This document shows, piece by piece, positions 20,394 through 35,100 of a DNA stretch of 64,000 nucleotides. The position numbers and the translations under genes were made by a program. Source of the stretch: an uncultured virus (IMG/VR IMGVR_UViG_3300001525_000359) (Duplodnaviria; Heunggongvirae; Uroviricota; Caudoviricetes). The notes under the pieces were generated by a model. The model was given only the letters and a program-made list of their open reading frames with translations, ran no database searches and was not told the DNA's origin. The stretch's first letter is position 1. Every line of letters starts with the position of its first letter. Where the stretch lies: the IMG/VR virus record IMGVR_UViG_3300001525_000359; one strand, 5' to 3'.

Positions 20394-20498
20394 GCAGCCT
20401 TAAGGAAATGCTGCTGGATGCGAAAGCGTCCAGCTGCTTCCTTCTCTTTCTAGACAATTGCTATACATATCTCCTCTTAATGAGATAGCCTAAGAAAA

Positions 20499-21239
20499 AT
20501 GAGCACTAGCACAAAGATCCGGCTTGGCCTCTACTCTGACAGAGCATTTGACATCTGCTATGCATTGATGCTTAGAGATCATAGCCTTACTGATGAGCAG
20601 AGCATTATGCGAGCTGGCAATGGTGAAGTCATCGTCAACTGCTGCAATCGCATGTGGACTGGCATGTCTGATGTTCCGCCAACTGCAAAGAGAGTGATGC
20701 GCCAGTTTGCCATGCTCATTGAGCGACGCATAGAGCGTGTGCTGAGCTGTGCGCCATCTGAGTTTGACACCCTCATCAAAGTGAAGTACGAAGTCATGAT
20801 CACACCATATGACAATGGTGTGACTTCAGACACATGCGAGCTCATCACACTGTACAACTACTTCAACGGTGTTGAGATGACGACCAGCACTTACAGAGAG
20901 CTCGTCGGATCGCCGTTCGACCCCATCAAGGCGGCTGCAAATGAAACGCTCATTGAGCGCACTAAGGCATTGCTTGCAGATTTTGACAAGTCATGCAAAG
21001 ACAGCCTTGCTAAGCATAAGAAGAGATGTGAGATGTTTGAGTATGAGATGTTCAACCAGTACACTGAAGAAGTAGACAAGCTTTGTGAAAGCTTTGCACA
21101 TGAAATGAATAGCTTGAAGCGGATGTGTGAATCTGAGCAAGAGTTCAATCATCTCGTGAAGAGCATTCCAGAGTTCAGCAATCGCATGTCCGATGACTGC
21201 TTTGAGAACATCACTGCTGCAACACACTGGAGGCAATGA
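20499..21239 (+). CDS. paralog family C, member 4
   Basis: IRLGLYS..A...GNGEVIV...LYNYF.G...G...DP plus coiled coil. Confidence 0.7.
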   Translation: MSTSTKIRLGLYSDRAFDICYALMLRDHSLTDEQSIMRAGNGEVIVNCCNRMWTGMSDVPPTAKRVMRQFAMLIERRIERVLSCAPSEFDTLIKVKYEVMITPYDNGVTSDTCELITLYNYFNGVEMTTSTYRELVGSPFDPIKAAANETLIERTKALLADFDKSCKDSLAKHKKRCEMFEYEMFNQYTEEVDKLCESFAHEMNSLKRMCESEQEFNHLVKSIPEFSNRMSDDCFENITAATHWRQ

Positions 21240-21319
21240 TGCATTCTAATAGAGAAGTTTAATTCTATTAGACGATGTGTTAAAATTTAGACATAAAGCA
21301 TATCAAGGAAACAACTACA

Positions 21320-23120
21320 ATGGCAAGCACTCCAATTAAGCTAGATGAGATGGCACTTCTCAAATGTGTGTCCATCAAGTTGACAGATGACATCATGTGT
21401 CTAGTCACCCAGCAATATCATACAGAAGTGAATCCTGAGACAGGCAAGAAAGACCGGGCTAAGTCGGTGTATCGCTGGCTTGCACGTGTCTGCAAGATCG
21501 AAGATGTCAAGAAGACGATTCGCGAGTACATGATGGACGAGCACAGGCTAGAAGCATGGACTTGGCCTAATGACCCGACTTGGAAAGGCAAGATCCTCGC
21601 TCGTGACTCTACGAAGTACGCTGCTGGATGCTGGCTTAACACTAAGCTCAAGAAGATGGTTGACTTTGACACTGCAATTAAGGTGTTCAAAGGCTGGGTG
21701 AAGTGCAAGGATGAGTACAATTTCAATGCTACATACGACACTGAGGGCTACAAGGCGGACAATGGCGACATCGTGAATCTCACCGACAAGGACGCACTCA
21801 TTGCTCATTGCGGGCAGAATCTCTTCAAAGCACGCATCTTGAAGTCACAAATGCCTATCTGCTAACAGAAGTTTAAAATAAGCGAAATCTGTTGTATAAT
21901 CTATCATGAAGGAAATGAATGACATGAACAAGAACACTAAGATGAAGGAACTCACTAAGGAAGCAATGCTTCGCAACATCAATGGCCTTAGCATTGGCGA
22001 CAAGGCTTACTGTGGCCCATATGGCACAGTGAAGTGCATCTCTCATGCTTCTTCGCATTCGCCTAAGGCGGCTGTTCCCCGGAAGTTCTCTGTCTCTGGA
22101 TCTACTAAGCTCCAGAATCGTGGCAACTGGACAATGACTGCACTTCGCAAGGCAATCAACGGCTAAACATCTAAAGAGGATTTCTGCAATGGTTCCCGCT
22201 ATTGACATTGAGACTGGCTACATCAATCGCTCTGCATATGATGAGCTAGTCGAGAACAACTGCACAATGCCTAACATTGAGCGCATCATCTTTAGCCTTA
22301 AGACATTTGAGTCAGCAGCTAAGCGTGATGAAGACGGCAAGCTTGTGCTTGATGAGAATGGCAAGACGATCCGAGTCAAGACACCTTGCACTCCTGTTCT
22401 TGCTACGACCGTCTTCTTCATTGACGGCACTCGGACTACTGTCCGGAACTCGCTGAAGGACAAGATCGAAGTCGAAGAGAAGACAATGGAAGACGGCTCG
22501 AAGGTGACTGTTGCCACAGATGCCGCTAAGGAATGTGGCGTTGTGTATGCAATTGTCAAGCGAATTGTCGGCACCGTCGATGATCGCAATGAGGTTGTTG
22601 GCGATGGCTTTGGCCGGATTCTAGCAGATCTTGTTGCGTCTGGACATGATGAAGCAGTTGAAGCTGCTAAGACAAAGATCATGAAGGCAAAGGGCCGTGC
22701 TCGGCATGCTGAGCTTAGGAAGAATGCAAAGCCTAAGGTCAAGAATCCGTCGCTTCTTGAAGTGACTAAGGCTCTTGCTGCTTGTGTTGATGCACTCTCT
22801 AAGAAGCTTGAAGCCGACAAGCAGGCTGAACAGCAGGCATAAAGAAAGGCTAGATCACAATGGCAACTGACAACAGGCCTTTTCTAGACAAAGACAAGCT
22901 GCGCACTTTCAGGATCGTGCGCGGTGCTCGAAAGTTGAAGAATCGCTCTTCAAAGGACATTCTTCGCATTGGGCATTGCAACAACAGGAACAAGATCTGG
23001 CGGTCTTTGTCTGGCGCCGTTCTGCTTGACATGATGAAGAGCGGCTCATTTGCTGCTCGTGTCGAGATCGACAGGCGCAGGAAGCGCGCTGAGAAGCGCG
23101 GCAAGAGCGCTACATGCTAA
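21320..23120 (+). CDS. four hypothetical proteins (21320-21865, 21906-22166, 22189-22842, 22860-23120)
   Basis: Consecutive + strand ORFs with phage-typical codons; hairpin plus T-tract at about 23162-23197. Confidence 0.65.
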
Positions 23121-23591
23121 GATAAGTTTTTCATAATCAAACATTCCTTGTTATTATGAATATGCTGGAAAGTTCGTTTCTTTCCAGCATTTTTTGTCTG
23201 TAAAAAGTGATTTCACATTTTTCGCCGGCATTCACATGAGATCATCATGATATACATTTTTAGCTAAGTTTGATACAATATCAACTGTGATGGATGAAAA
23301 TATGACAAATGACGATGTCGAGCTTGATGAAGGCTTCTTCTCGACATTGCAGAAGTGCTCGAAGATTGGCATGTTCCTGCTGCTTGGATTTGGCATCATG
23401 CTGCTGGTTGTGCTGGCTTACTTGCTTCTTCTTGCTGGATTCCCGCTTTTCTTGATCTGCATGTTGCATGAGCGAATGTCTTTGAAGGAAGTTGTCGAGA
23501 CGACTTATGACACATATGTCGGATTCCCGTTAGATGTCGCACAGACAATTGGCCAAGAGTGTATTGACTTTGTCATTCATAACATGGTGTC

Positions 23592-26159
23592 ATGATGAGC
23601 ATCCCATTAGACAGCTATGAGAGCATTGCCGACGCAGTGATCAGCATCAAGGCACATGATGAAGTGAAGCAACAGCTTGCTGAACATGAGCAAGTGTTCA
23701 CTGATGCTGTCAAGCTGATCTTTCCTGAGATTCTTCATGTCAGCAATGTCATGTGGAACTATACTGGATTCTTGTCTTACTATGCTAGGAACATCAGTGT
23801 CTGGACGCCTGCATCTGAGACACCCGTCTTGTCATTTTGCCCAAAGCATGACTTGAATGGCTACTCGAAGTTCACTTCTCAAGCTAGAGCTAAGCTTGCT
23901 GGCATTGCATGTGCATTGCATGAGCTGTTCTCGACAAGGAAACTCTATGCAGACATGCATATTGAAGATCGCTGTCCAGCTAAGCGAGCACTTTTAGGAG
24001 TGAAGCTTGACAACTCTGTCAGGAAAGCAAAGCACATTGCATTCTCATTCAACACAGACTTGAAGAGCTTGCCTGAGATGAAGGCTGCTCTCGAAGAGAT
24101 CAAGCTCAGCAAAAAAGATGTCGAGTCATGAAAGGCAAGCTTTTCCCAAGACTAGATGCTAGCGATGCTGAGATCACTGAGCAAGTCAAAAGCATGACTG
24201 ATGATGAAGCGACTAAGCTTCATAGCAACTTGCTTGTTGTCCTGAATGAAATCTGCAACTCTGTCTTGCCAGCTGCCATCAAATGGCAGACATGCAAATT
24301 CAAGTTCGGGTTTCATGAGAACAAGACACCTAGAGGCACTATCACATCTTGCTTCTCTATGTACATGACTGACACCGACTATCCAGACAGTGCACCTGCA
24401 ACAATTCTAGATGTTGACACGATCGAAGTCACATTCAAAGACGGGATAACGACAAATGATCGCCGGCATGAGTTCAAGACAGTTGTGAAAGCTCAGGACT
24501 ATGTCATGCTTGCTGCGTTGAAGCATCTGTTCATGACATGCAAAGGCTTCTATGTGACTAGGCAGATTCCAGTCAAGTCTACTGGAAGCACATTCTTTGA
24601 AAGCAGCATGAAGCATGAAGACACTAGCATATGCAAAGTCGAGAAAGATGCATATGCAAGTGTCCAAGCTAAAGTAGATCTTGCAGAATGCAGCACAATT
24701 GAAGAGCTTATGCTTAAGCTAGCAATTTCAACTTACACATAATCTACAAAAAAATGACAGAAGACACTATCATCATAGAGTTTGGCCAGCAAATTGAAGA
24801 CATTGCTTATCGCATCACACTTCTTAGCGACGATGAGATCAAAGACAACTTGAAAGAGTACACCAACATCATGAAAGCTTTCTGCAAGAAAGTGATGCCA
24901 AAGCTGTTTGGTGCAGGCAAGTACAAGATGGATGTCACTGACAACGGGTATGACGGTGCTATCATCAGCTTCACATGTGACACAGCTCATCCAGACAAGT
25001 TCGCCAACACCGAGAATGTCATTAGCATTGAGCAGCACTGCCCTGAGAACATGACTGAACTCAAGCAACGCCAGCTCTTCGCTCTTGTCTGCATGTTCAA
25101 GAGCATGTTCACTGAAGCTAGCAAAGATGAAGATCATCGCATGCCGTTCAACAACCACTGGACACTTGATGTCTCATCCGCAGAGATGATTCATAAGCAG
25201 CCAAAGATCCAGGGCTTCAATGGATGCACTCTGATGACTGAGAGTGTGATCAGCCAAGTAGTCAATTGCCCGGACTTGAAGACATTAGATGATGTCAAGA
25301 AGCATTTTGGCATTAAGCATAAAGTGAAGAAAGAGCAAGCACCAGCAGTTGACATGAAAGAAGCTGCAGAAGCGCAGCTAGACGCATTGAAAAAGCGCAT
25401 CAAAGCATCACAGAAGAAGATAAAGACGAAGACAAGTAGATCTACAAAGAAGAGCAAAGCAGTTAGCAAGAAGCATGTCAAGAAAGCAGCAGCGGCTGCT
25501 ACTAATAAGAAAGCACGCAACACTAAGAAGAAAGCTGCATGATGTCAGGCAACATAAGTGTCTTGAAAGGCTTAGACATTCCAAGCTTTGCAAAGCCTTT
25601 TCATGAGTATGAAGAAGCCGTTGTGAAGCTGGAGGCAGAAGCTCTTCATGCTCAGCACCGGTTCATGTCGGCTCTTCTAGACTTCATGTGCAAGCATGTC
25701 TTCCTAAGAGCATTTGACTTAGATGAAGTTTCTTATGCCTGCAAGCATGAGTACATCTGCAACAAAGATGACATCATCTCATTGCAGCTTAGCATTGTCC
25801 ATCCAGACAAGTTTGAGTCAGTTTTCTATGTCGATGTGCTCAACACTAGCTTCTTCATAGGCAAGAACAAGCTAGACAAGAGCTTGCCAGGCACAATGTT
25901 GAGAGCAGAGCTTGTCGCGATGCTGAATTGCATGCACACAATGTTCTCTGGAATATATGAAGTCAACTTGAAGCTTGCAACTGAGATCATCCAGCATGAG
26001 CATGAAGAAGCAGCTGGATTCACATATGAAGTTGAAGAAGAGCGGACTAAGGTGCTGAATGCTACTTTGCCATGCTTCCAGACTGTAGAAGAGCTTCTAG
26101 CAAGCTTCATGATATCTGGACTTGACTTTGCTAGTTTTCTAGAGAGCTATGTATCATAA
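23592..26159 (+). CDS. paralog family B, four tandem members (23592, 24128, 24754, 25539)
   Basis: Shared C..llP, (A)xL...l..lF and terminal T[IVL][ED][ED]L motifs. Confidence 0.7.
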
Positions 26160-29100
26160 CACGCCATGGCTATCAAGATCATGCATAAGGCAAGATAGGT
26201 TTAGCACCCAATGCTGTGTTATCTATGCAAGCAGTGAGATCAATGCTTTCTTTGTCTACAAAAACTACTATGGAATCACATTTGCTTGCATTGTATGAGA
26301 TATGAAGAAAGCTGGTTTCTCAGGTCAATGCCAGATGCATTTGATGTCATAGCAAATGCGCCAGTCTCGAGCATTGACATGAATGGCGATGCAATAGTAT
26401 GCTTGCATGTCTTTGACATGCCACATGGCATTTGTGTAGTCTGCATCATATGAGCATACGACAGTATCTTCCGCCCAGGCATTGCATTGAAAGCTATGTC
26501 CTGAGAACTGCTTCTAGAGTAGAGATGGACATGGGCAGGATGTGGATGGTGAGCACCGCTGCAGAAGTAGATGAAGTTGGCGACTTGACAAATGGAGTCA
26601 TTCTCTATGATCTTGCTTATGCGTGTGCATGTGTCATCTGAAGTGTCCAAAGCTATTTCAGTTTGATACAATTTGCATGCAATGATGGCAAAGAAGACAT
26701 CATGGAGCTTAAGGTCAGAGCATAATGCTGTGTATGAGGTGTACACCGGCAACATAATTGCTAGCATATATGTCACAGGTGAAGTAGACTGCTTTGGCAT
26801 TGACTTTCCACGGTGCTTCTCTGGAGCTTGCATGATATGAGAACTGGACACGAATGCTTTTTCTACATGTTAAGGTCATGCTCATGCTACTTGTCTAGTG
26901 ACAGCATTTGCGTCTACATGTCTATTATGGAAAAAGACAACTTCAAGAACTTCATTTGCGCAAATGACTTCTATGGGACTTCTGTCTCAACTGTTGTATG
27001 AGACGTATTGAGAGAAGCTGGTTTCTTAGGTCCGTTATGGACGGCACAACATATGGTGTTGGTGCAGTGTTCAAAGACAGTCATGTCATCGACTATTTCG
27101 ATGCAGAAGCCAGCATAGTGGGCATGACATTAGCAACAATTGTATGATGAAGACAGTCATGATGTTACGGTCACGGCATAGATGCGATGACAATGCTGGT
27201 GCAGTGTCTTCATTTGGGACATTGTCATACATGCATCATAATGATGCATATCTAGATGTTGCAATTTTATGCATGATATGATTGTCAGCATATCGCAGTA
27301 TTGGCTTAGGTCATGTCAAGGAGCAGCAGCAAATACATTGATGTCACCGGCATCTTCAAACTCTAGTCACATCAGCGAGCTTGCATGTGCAGTGCTTTCA
27401 TCTGGAAATGTTGACATGTTCTACTGCTGGCTTAGGCGTGCAGCATGGGTGAATGCAGCATGCATCATATGAAGTGCACTAGCATAGCTGTCAAGAACTG
27501 GCTTAGGTCAGCAAATGCAGGCACTATAGAAGCAACTGCATCTATGTATGCAGCTAATGTGTATGTAGATGGCCAAGTCGAGATAAGACATAGATACGTC
27601 AATATTGGATGTTCACCGGTATGCATAGTGTGAACAGTCATGACAATGCGTATGTCAGCTACATTGGCGTCACTGGCCATTATGACAGCATCAGCAGCCA
27701 GTCTTTCTTTAGCATGTCTTGCATGATATGATCTCAAAATGGTGTCTTCTAAGGTCCTGCTCTAGAGTTGATTTCCATTATGTAGCTTCAGTTGAGCATG
27801 ATGCTGTTCTAGACTGGAATGTGCGCAACTGCAGCAATGTCACATTGTCATGCATTGTCTAAGAGATCTAAGATGTCCAAAGTCATTTAAAAATGATATG
27901 ATATCTAGTCATGCAGAACGTCACATGGTGGCTTAGGTCTATTCCAGTTTCAGATGGCAAAGAAAGCAAGCTGTTCCACAAGAGTGAAGTCAAGTTGTAT
28001 GCAGGCGCCGCTGGAGTCAATGCATATCTAGATCCATTCATTGGATATGCTCGCATCACTAGAGATGTCATATGCTCATCGCCTGCATGCATGATCTAAG
28101 CAGATTTCGCTATGTCGACTTGCGTCTTAGAACGACAATGGCATCATCAATGCACAAATACGTCATACTGTGCTAAAGACATCATGAGCATTTTCCCATT
28201 CTTCATGCTGAGGTCGATTTCAGTTAGAATGCATATGCTGGACAGAGTTTCATACATCAGTTCTACTGGAAATGTCGACGGGTTCTCAATTCATGACAGC
28301 ACAGTGTTCATGCTGTCATGTGCATGCTTGATATGATGCTTGCATGGCAGCTTATGCCAGGTTTTCTATGATGTCCAAGATCATACACAAATGATACAAT
28401 CTTATTATGAGCACAACAAGATGGTGGTTCAGGTCGGCTGACAATGAAGACACTCACATGTTGACATCACGACTTAGATTTGCTGCAGTGTTCAACTTCA
28501 CTGACTACAGTGTCATGAGAGTGATATATGATGATGTGAATGTCTTGCCAGCAGCAGTCATATGAGCAGCAACAGCAAATTGCCTGTCAAAATGTGGACA
28601 TTGCGGTCATTTCATGCTAGCAATGCTAACACTGGACATTATGTGTTCCTTAGCTGCGCTCATGATGACGGGCAAACTGGTGGAGCAGTCCTGCCATGCA
28701 ATGCAGGCGTCATTGTTGCCGCCGAGATCTGAGATATGCAACTTCAAGAGAAATAGTTATGAGCTTCAGCAAAGCTGTAAGACATTTCTTCAGGTCAGCG
28801 GCTAATGACAGCTTTTCGTCTAGCTATGCGCCAGTCTATGCATGTGCAGGTGATCTTGACGGCAAATGCTTTTTCTATGACATCTTGACAAGACAGCATG
28901 TCGGTGCATGCTGCATGATTTGACACATGAAGACTACTGTCCAATGGTGGCTAAGAACTGCTGAATATGACTCAGACTACAGCCCAGGACATGTCTTCAC
29001 AACTGCAATTAGCTTCTTGGGTGAATATGACACAAAGCTAGTGCTTGACGTGTTCACTCAGATTTCGCCAGCGGCACTCATATGAACAGCTCAAGATGGC

Positions 29101-32100
29101 TTCTCAGGTCTAAGACATATGAAGACAGCAAAGCATATGATCGTGTCTTGTATGCTGTCCAGTGTGATGGCTTCATCCCTCAAATCTGGTTAGACATCTT
29201 CAGAGAAAGGCAAATATGTCCAGCAGCAGTGATATGAAGCACAATGTCAGGTGGATGCTCAGGTGCAAGTACACGGAGTATTCGCATCCAAAGCAATGCA
29301 TGATCGTGCATAAGACAGGCTGGACTGACATCAATGACGTTGACATGAATATGTCATATGTTTGCGCAACATGCATGATCTAATGAAGACAGACGAAACA
29401 TCATACTGGCTTAGGTCTATTCCAGACATTGCGGTCTTGACTGCATTTTCGCCTAACGTTGACACAGATCACATAGATGAGAATGTAGCAGCGATTCTCA
29501 TTTCAGGGCAGCCCGACTGCTTCTATGTCTGGCTAAAGCACTCTTTGAAAGCAAGCATGACATGCATGATATGATGGTGCAAAGATTCCCATACTGGACG
29601 TGACTTAGATCGGTTAGCATTGACGTCAGGCAAATATGCACAAGAAATGTGTCATGCTCAACTGTTGGCAAGCTTGATGCATGCTGCACATATGCAAGCA
29701 TGCACTATGAACATATATGTCGTGCTTTTGCAGTTTCATGTGAAATCTAAGATGTCCAGGCTTCTGGACATTTGATATGATTTGACTGTCATGATGAAGA
29801 GAACTGGACATATGCTTAGAAGCATCTTCAAAGCTGACTCACTAGACACAGCTAACAGCATGGGCTATATCTGGCATAATGGAAGCTTCACTATGGTTGG
29901 TGTAGAAGTGCCAGTGAACATTGCATATGTGTGCGTAATCTGAAGAAATCGTCATGAAAATGGCAGACTGGCATCTCAGGTCAGCGCATGAGCGCGACAG
30001 AAGCTTCAATGCGCAAGTTCTCTACACAGGCGTTCTAGGCACAGAGTTCATCCATTACTACATGTCACATGTTTTGCCAGCATGCATCATCTAGTATAAA
30101 GCAAGATGTCCAAGTTTTTAGACAAATGATATTATCTAGACATGATGAAGCAAATGAACTTCTGGCTTAGGTCTTCAAGACATGATCGCAAAAGCAATCC
30201 ATTCAACATCAAGACATGGACTTATGCAGGCACCACTGGCATAAACAGATGTCTAGATCCGTTTATTGGAGTTGAGCCTGTCTATGAGATGCAAGCTTCT
30301 TTGCCAGTATGCATGATCTAAGCAAGCATCTCTACACAAGTCATCTTTGCTTTATGCATGTGCATTCAATTCTACAGAGTAGAGCGTTATGAGAAAATCA
30401 ACTAAGCTTTCATCAGCAGCATTCACATGATGTTTTTAAACACAACAAAAGACTGGACTTTCAGGTCATACACCATTCCAGAATCTAAGAGAAAAGCTGG
30501 CAAGACTATGCGATATACGCGTGTTGCTTTTGCTGGTTTCAATGGAAACATAGGTGCATTATACAATACGTCGTCACAGTCATTTGGCTATGACTGCGGC
30601 ATTGCATTAGCAGCAGTCATATGAGAATGATACATTACTTCTGCAGGTCAGCACGAACTGATGAGATCGTGATGTATGCAAATGAATATAACTGCATGGT
30701 CACATCTTTTGGCGAAGTTCTTCATGCTATGATCTGGTCGAAAGTGATAGCATTTTCAGCATCATGCATTGTCTAAAAGCAACGGTTTTCCTCAGGTCAT
30801 CTCAATCTAATGGCTGGAATGATCCTGCTGACAGCATCACTACAGTCGTAGGCATAGACATGCATGGCGATGTCTTGCTTTATCGTGGACATTATGTGCA
30901 TGAGATAAGCATTGGAGCAATGATATGATGAACGCCACAGTCTGGCTTAGGTCAAGACATTCAAGCTTCATGACAGGCTCTATCTTGCAAGATGGCGCTG
31001 TCTATATCAGCATGGTAAGTCATGACACAGATCTGCTAAGCATTTCATGTGTAATTGCCTGAAAAATAAAATGAATCCAAGCTTCTAGACAAATGATATG
31101 ATCTAGACATGAAGGCAAAATGGATCATCTCTAGCTTCATGCTAAGGACAAAGGACACTTATATCAAGGAAAATGTAGTTGCAGTGAGTGGAAATGGCAT
31201 TGATTTCATTTCAAACAGGCCTTACTGGACATTCGATGCAACTGTGCCGGCATGCATAGTGTAAACAAGTCATATCTTCTAAGGACAGTCACAAGCGCAT
31301 TCAAAGCAAATGCGACTTTTGCAACAGAAGCGTGCTTGCATAGGCCAGATTTCAGCTATTGTCACATTGAATATTTAGCGGGGATTTCAGGAGCATGCAT
31401 GATCTGAATAACATAGCAACTTACTGGCTTAGGTCAACGACAACAGCATCTAAGCGGACAAGCATGTCTAAGCTAGATCATGCAGTTGTCTATTTTCATC
31501 CTTTCAAGCAGATGCTAGAATTCAGCTTTTGCTATGACAACAACAAAATGGAGATGTCATTTGCATGCATGATCTAGCATTAAGCAAGATGTCCAAAGCT
31601 TTAGACAAATGATATCATTTAGACATGAGCATTGCAAGATGGTGGCTTAGGTCAAGTGACAATGAAAAAGCATACTCGTACAAGTCAAGCATGCTCTACA
31701 TTGCTGTCTTCAACTCCACAGAGTGGAGCGTTATGGGTGTGATGAGCACAACAACAAAGCTTTGCCCAGCTGTCATGATATGAAAGACGAATATGCAAGC
31801 TACTACTGCAGGTCAGTAAGAGACGATGATCTTGCTAGCATGCCAGATGACTTTGTCTGCATGATAAGCTCAAGCGGCGAGGCACTTCATTGCATGAATC
31901 AGTCAGCATCATTTGACATGAGCATCTCTTGCATTGTCTAGAGAAAACATGAACTCAGCATACTCATGGCTGCTTAGGACATGTGGGTGTGCATCAGCCG
32001 GTGACACAGCGTTTGCACTCAATGCCAGCATCAGCATCTGGAAAGGCAACGCAGATCTAGACATGAGCTTGCTAGCATCGGCGATATCAGCAACATGCAT

Positions 32101-35100
32101 GATATGACTTTTCAACAAGAAGCAGAAAGCAGCTTTTTTATGCCAGTTGACATCACAAAACACCGCTTGCATAAGCACTTGCAGCATGAGCTAAGCATAG
32201 CAGCAATGACATGCATTGTCTAAGATGTCCAGAAATCTAACTTTTTGATATAATCCTAAACATGATGAGAGAAGCAACAGCACAGTGCTTGCTGAGATCG
32301 ATGGTTGTTGGACATGCCAAGAATGCCGTCATGAACATCAATTACGGTCATGTGACATGGAGCTTCTCAACTGTCAAGCTTTTAGCAATTTCAGGAACAT
32401 GCATGATATGAAAGAATCAGACAGGATCAAGACAAGCTGGCATCTCAGGTCTAGAAGTGAAAGCTGCATTGCATGTGTCTCATCTGCAAGCTTCATTGTC
32501 TATGACAACGTAGACATGTACAGCAACATCGCGCCTGCATTCATGATATGACAGATCATTATCCATATAACTGGTACTTGAGATCATCGCATGCAGACGC
32601 ATTCTTCTTCTCTCATGCAATGCAACTTGATGAAGCTGGCGTAGTAGATACCATCTTTGTAGAGACACTTTTCGGGATCTCGACTTCATGCATGATCTAG
32701 TCATTAAAGCAAGCAGAAAAATGTACGTAATATATAGGCTAAGGTCCGTCTTTATGAGATCTGCTGCGCATATGCTCAGGACAGGAGTTGTCTATGCTTA
32801 TGGAAATGTAGATGGCTTTATTATAATTGTACATGACGAAGACTTCTGCTTCACCGTCACTACAGTTGTCTAAAAAAGAAAGCATGAAAGCCATCTACTT
32901 TCTCAGGTGCAGGTTGATGTATGTCTCACAGTTCTTGTATGCAGGGCAGAAGCTTGTCATCATCTGCAAGAGCATCACACTCATAGACGGTACAGGCAAT
33001 GACTGCATGCTTGCATCTGACGAGCTTGGCATCTCTGGAGCTTGCATGATATGAAAAAGGACACTTACTGGTATTTGAGAAGCAATGCTGGCTATTTCAC
33101 TTGCAATAACCAGAGAGTTGCGCTTTCCGGCGTCTACGACGGCATTTATAATTCAGAAGTGAAATTTGAGTACTGGATCTTGGGGACATGCATGATATGA
33201 CAAGAATGATCGAGACAAGCTGGTTTCTAAGAAGTGATGCTAAAGCTATCATCATACATGATAGCTTCAGTGACTACATAAAAGAAGTTGCAATAATAAG
33301 TGCTTTAGCGAACAAGGGTGCCACACAAGCACGATTTGATCAAGGGATTTCAGGAACATGCATGATATGAAAGTACTTAAGAAGACATGCTGGCATTTGC
33401 GGTCAATGTCAAGCGACAGCTTCTACACAGCATACATTGCAATTTCACCAAATGAAATGACAACAACGAAGCTCTGGTGGATTGCGAATGGCTGCAGCAT
33501 GACATGCATGATCTGAACTTCAAGTGAAAACGGGAAAAATGAGATACACGACATTCTTTTGCTGGTCTTTGCGAGACATGCACATGTCAACATCTAAGAT
33601 CTATGAGAATGACATCAAAGTCATTGACTACAACGGCTATGCGTGGAACACAGGTGTCATAACAGAAAATGACATCTGCATGACATGCATTGTCTAAAGA
33701 AAAAGCAAGACATATGAGCAATCACTGGCAGTTTGGAGAAGTTTTCCTCAGGACATCTTGCATAAGATGTCAAGCATCATTCATGGCATGGAACTTCTTC
33801 ACCAGAGAGCTTGTGTTTGATCCAATTCCACCTGACTTCACATATGACATCTCGCCAGCATGCATTGTCTAGAAGATCTTAATATGTCCAAGATCATAGA
33901 CTTTTGATATAATGCAGTCATGAAGAAGATGCTGATCACATGGTTGAGACTGAGAAGTGCATCTGGACGCACTTCTTATGGAGGCAAAGCATGTGTTGGC
34001 GTCATGCTTGATGATGGCCAGCTGTCATATCATGTGTCAAGATCATCCGTCATAGCTTTGCCAGCATTATGCATGATCTGACAAGCAACAGAAAACATGA
34101 AAAGCAAGACTCATAGCATATCGGGACGGCTTCTCAGGACTGCTGACATCTGCATGAAGCAGAACATCGTTGCAGTCGACAGCTCAGGTGGCTTCTTGTC
34201 AAACAGGCCTTACTGGACATTCGATGCAGCTTTGCCTGTCTGTGTCTTCTAAAGAAGTCATGATATGCTGTGTAGACAGCCGGTGTTCTGTGGTCAATGC
34301 TTCAATGGGAAGAAGTGCTTTTAAGCATGAACGATGCAATGTCATGAAGTGCCGGCTGAAGTAATCTCTGTCTCGACATGCTGTATGATATGAGATGCCA
34401 GTGCACATATGCTTTGAGGACGCTTTCTGCAGCTGAAAGCTTGACTTGCATGACTTTTGCAATCAGCGTTTTCGGGAAGTCGTATTTCGGGATGATGGTG
34501 CCTGAGAAGACTGGCATCTCAACAGCATGCATTATCTAAGAGCATGATGAAGATCTTCTGCATACCGGCTGTCTGGTGGCTCAGGGCAGAGAATGCTGGC
34601 GTCATTGACATGGCAGTTGCACGCAAATACGCAAGCGATGTCTACTTCAATGGCGCAGTCGAGATCCGAGACAAGCATCTCTACTCAGTGCATGTCTCGC
34701 CAGTATGCTGCATTTGAGATGCTAGCATTAAGCAAGATGTCCAAAGCAAAGATGAAATGATATGATTTAGACATGAACAACTACAGCAAGCCTCTGCCTG
34801 AAGGCGGATATCAGCTGAGGACAGCATATGAAAGCACGACAATGAAAGCATATGATGTCAGGCCAGTCTTGCCAGCATGCTGTGGCGGATGGCGAGAAGC
34901 ACGAGCAACCGACTTCTCAGAAGTGCCAGTCATCATGTGCAGTGTCATCTGGTGCTCAAGATGGACATCTGCATTGACTTGCTTGCCTCCGGGGATGACT
35001 AGCAGCAAAGATCGTGTCAAAGCTGCGATAACATGCATCATCTGATGAGCACCGAGACATCTTACTTCTTGCGGACAAGGACAGCTGGCATCGATGACTG

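Noticed and set aside
7351..22820. Long minus-strand ORFs (e.g. 7839-8522, 12297-13250, 18867-19937, 22218-22820)
   Set aside because: Antisense shadows of codon-biased + strand genes, with no motifs, RBS or promoters
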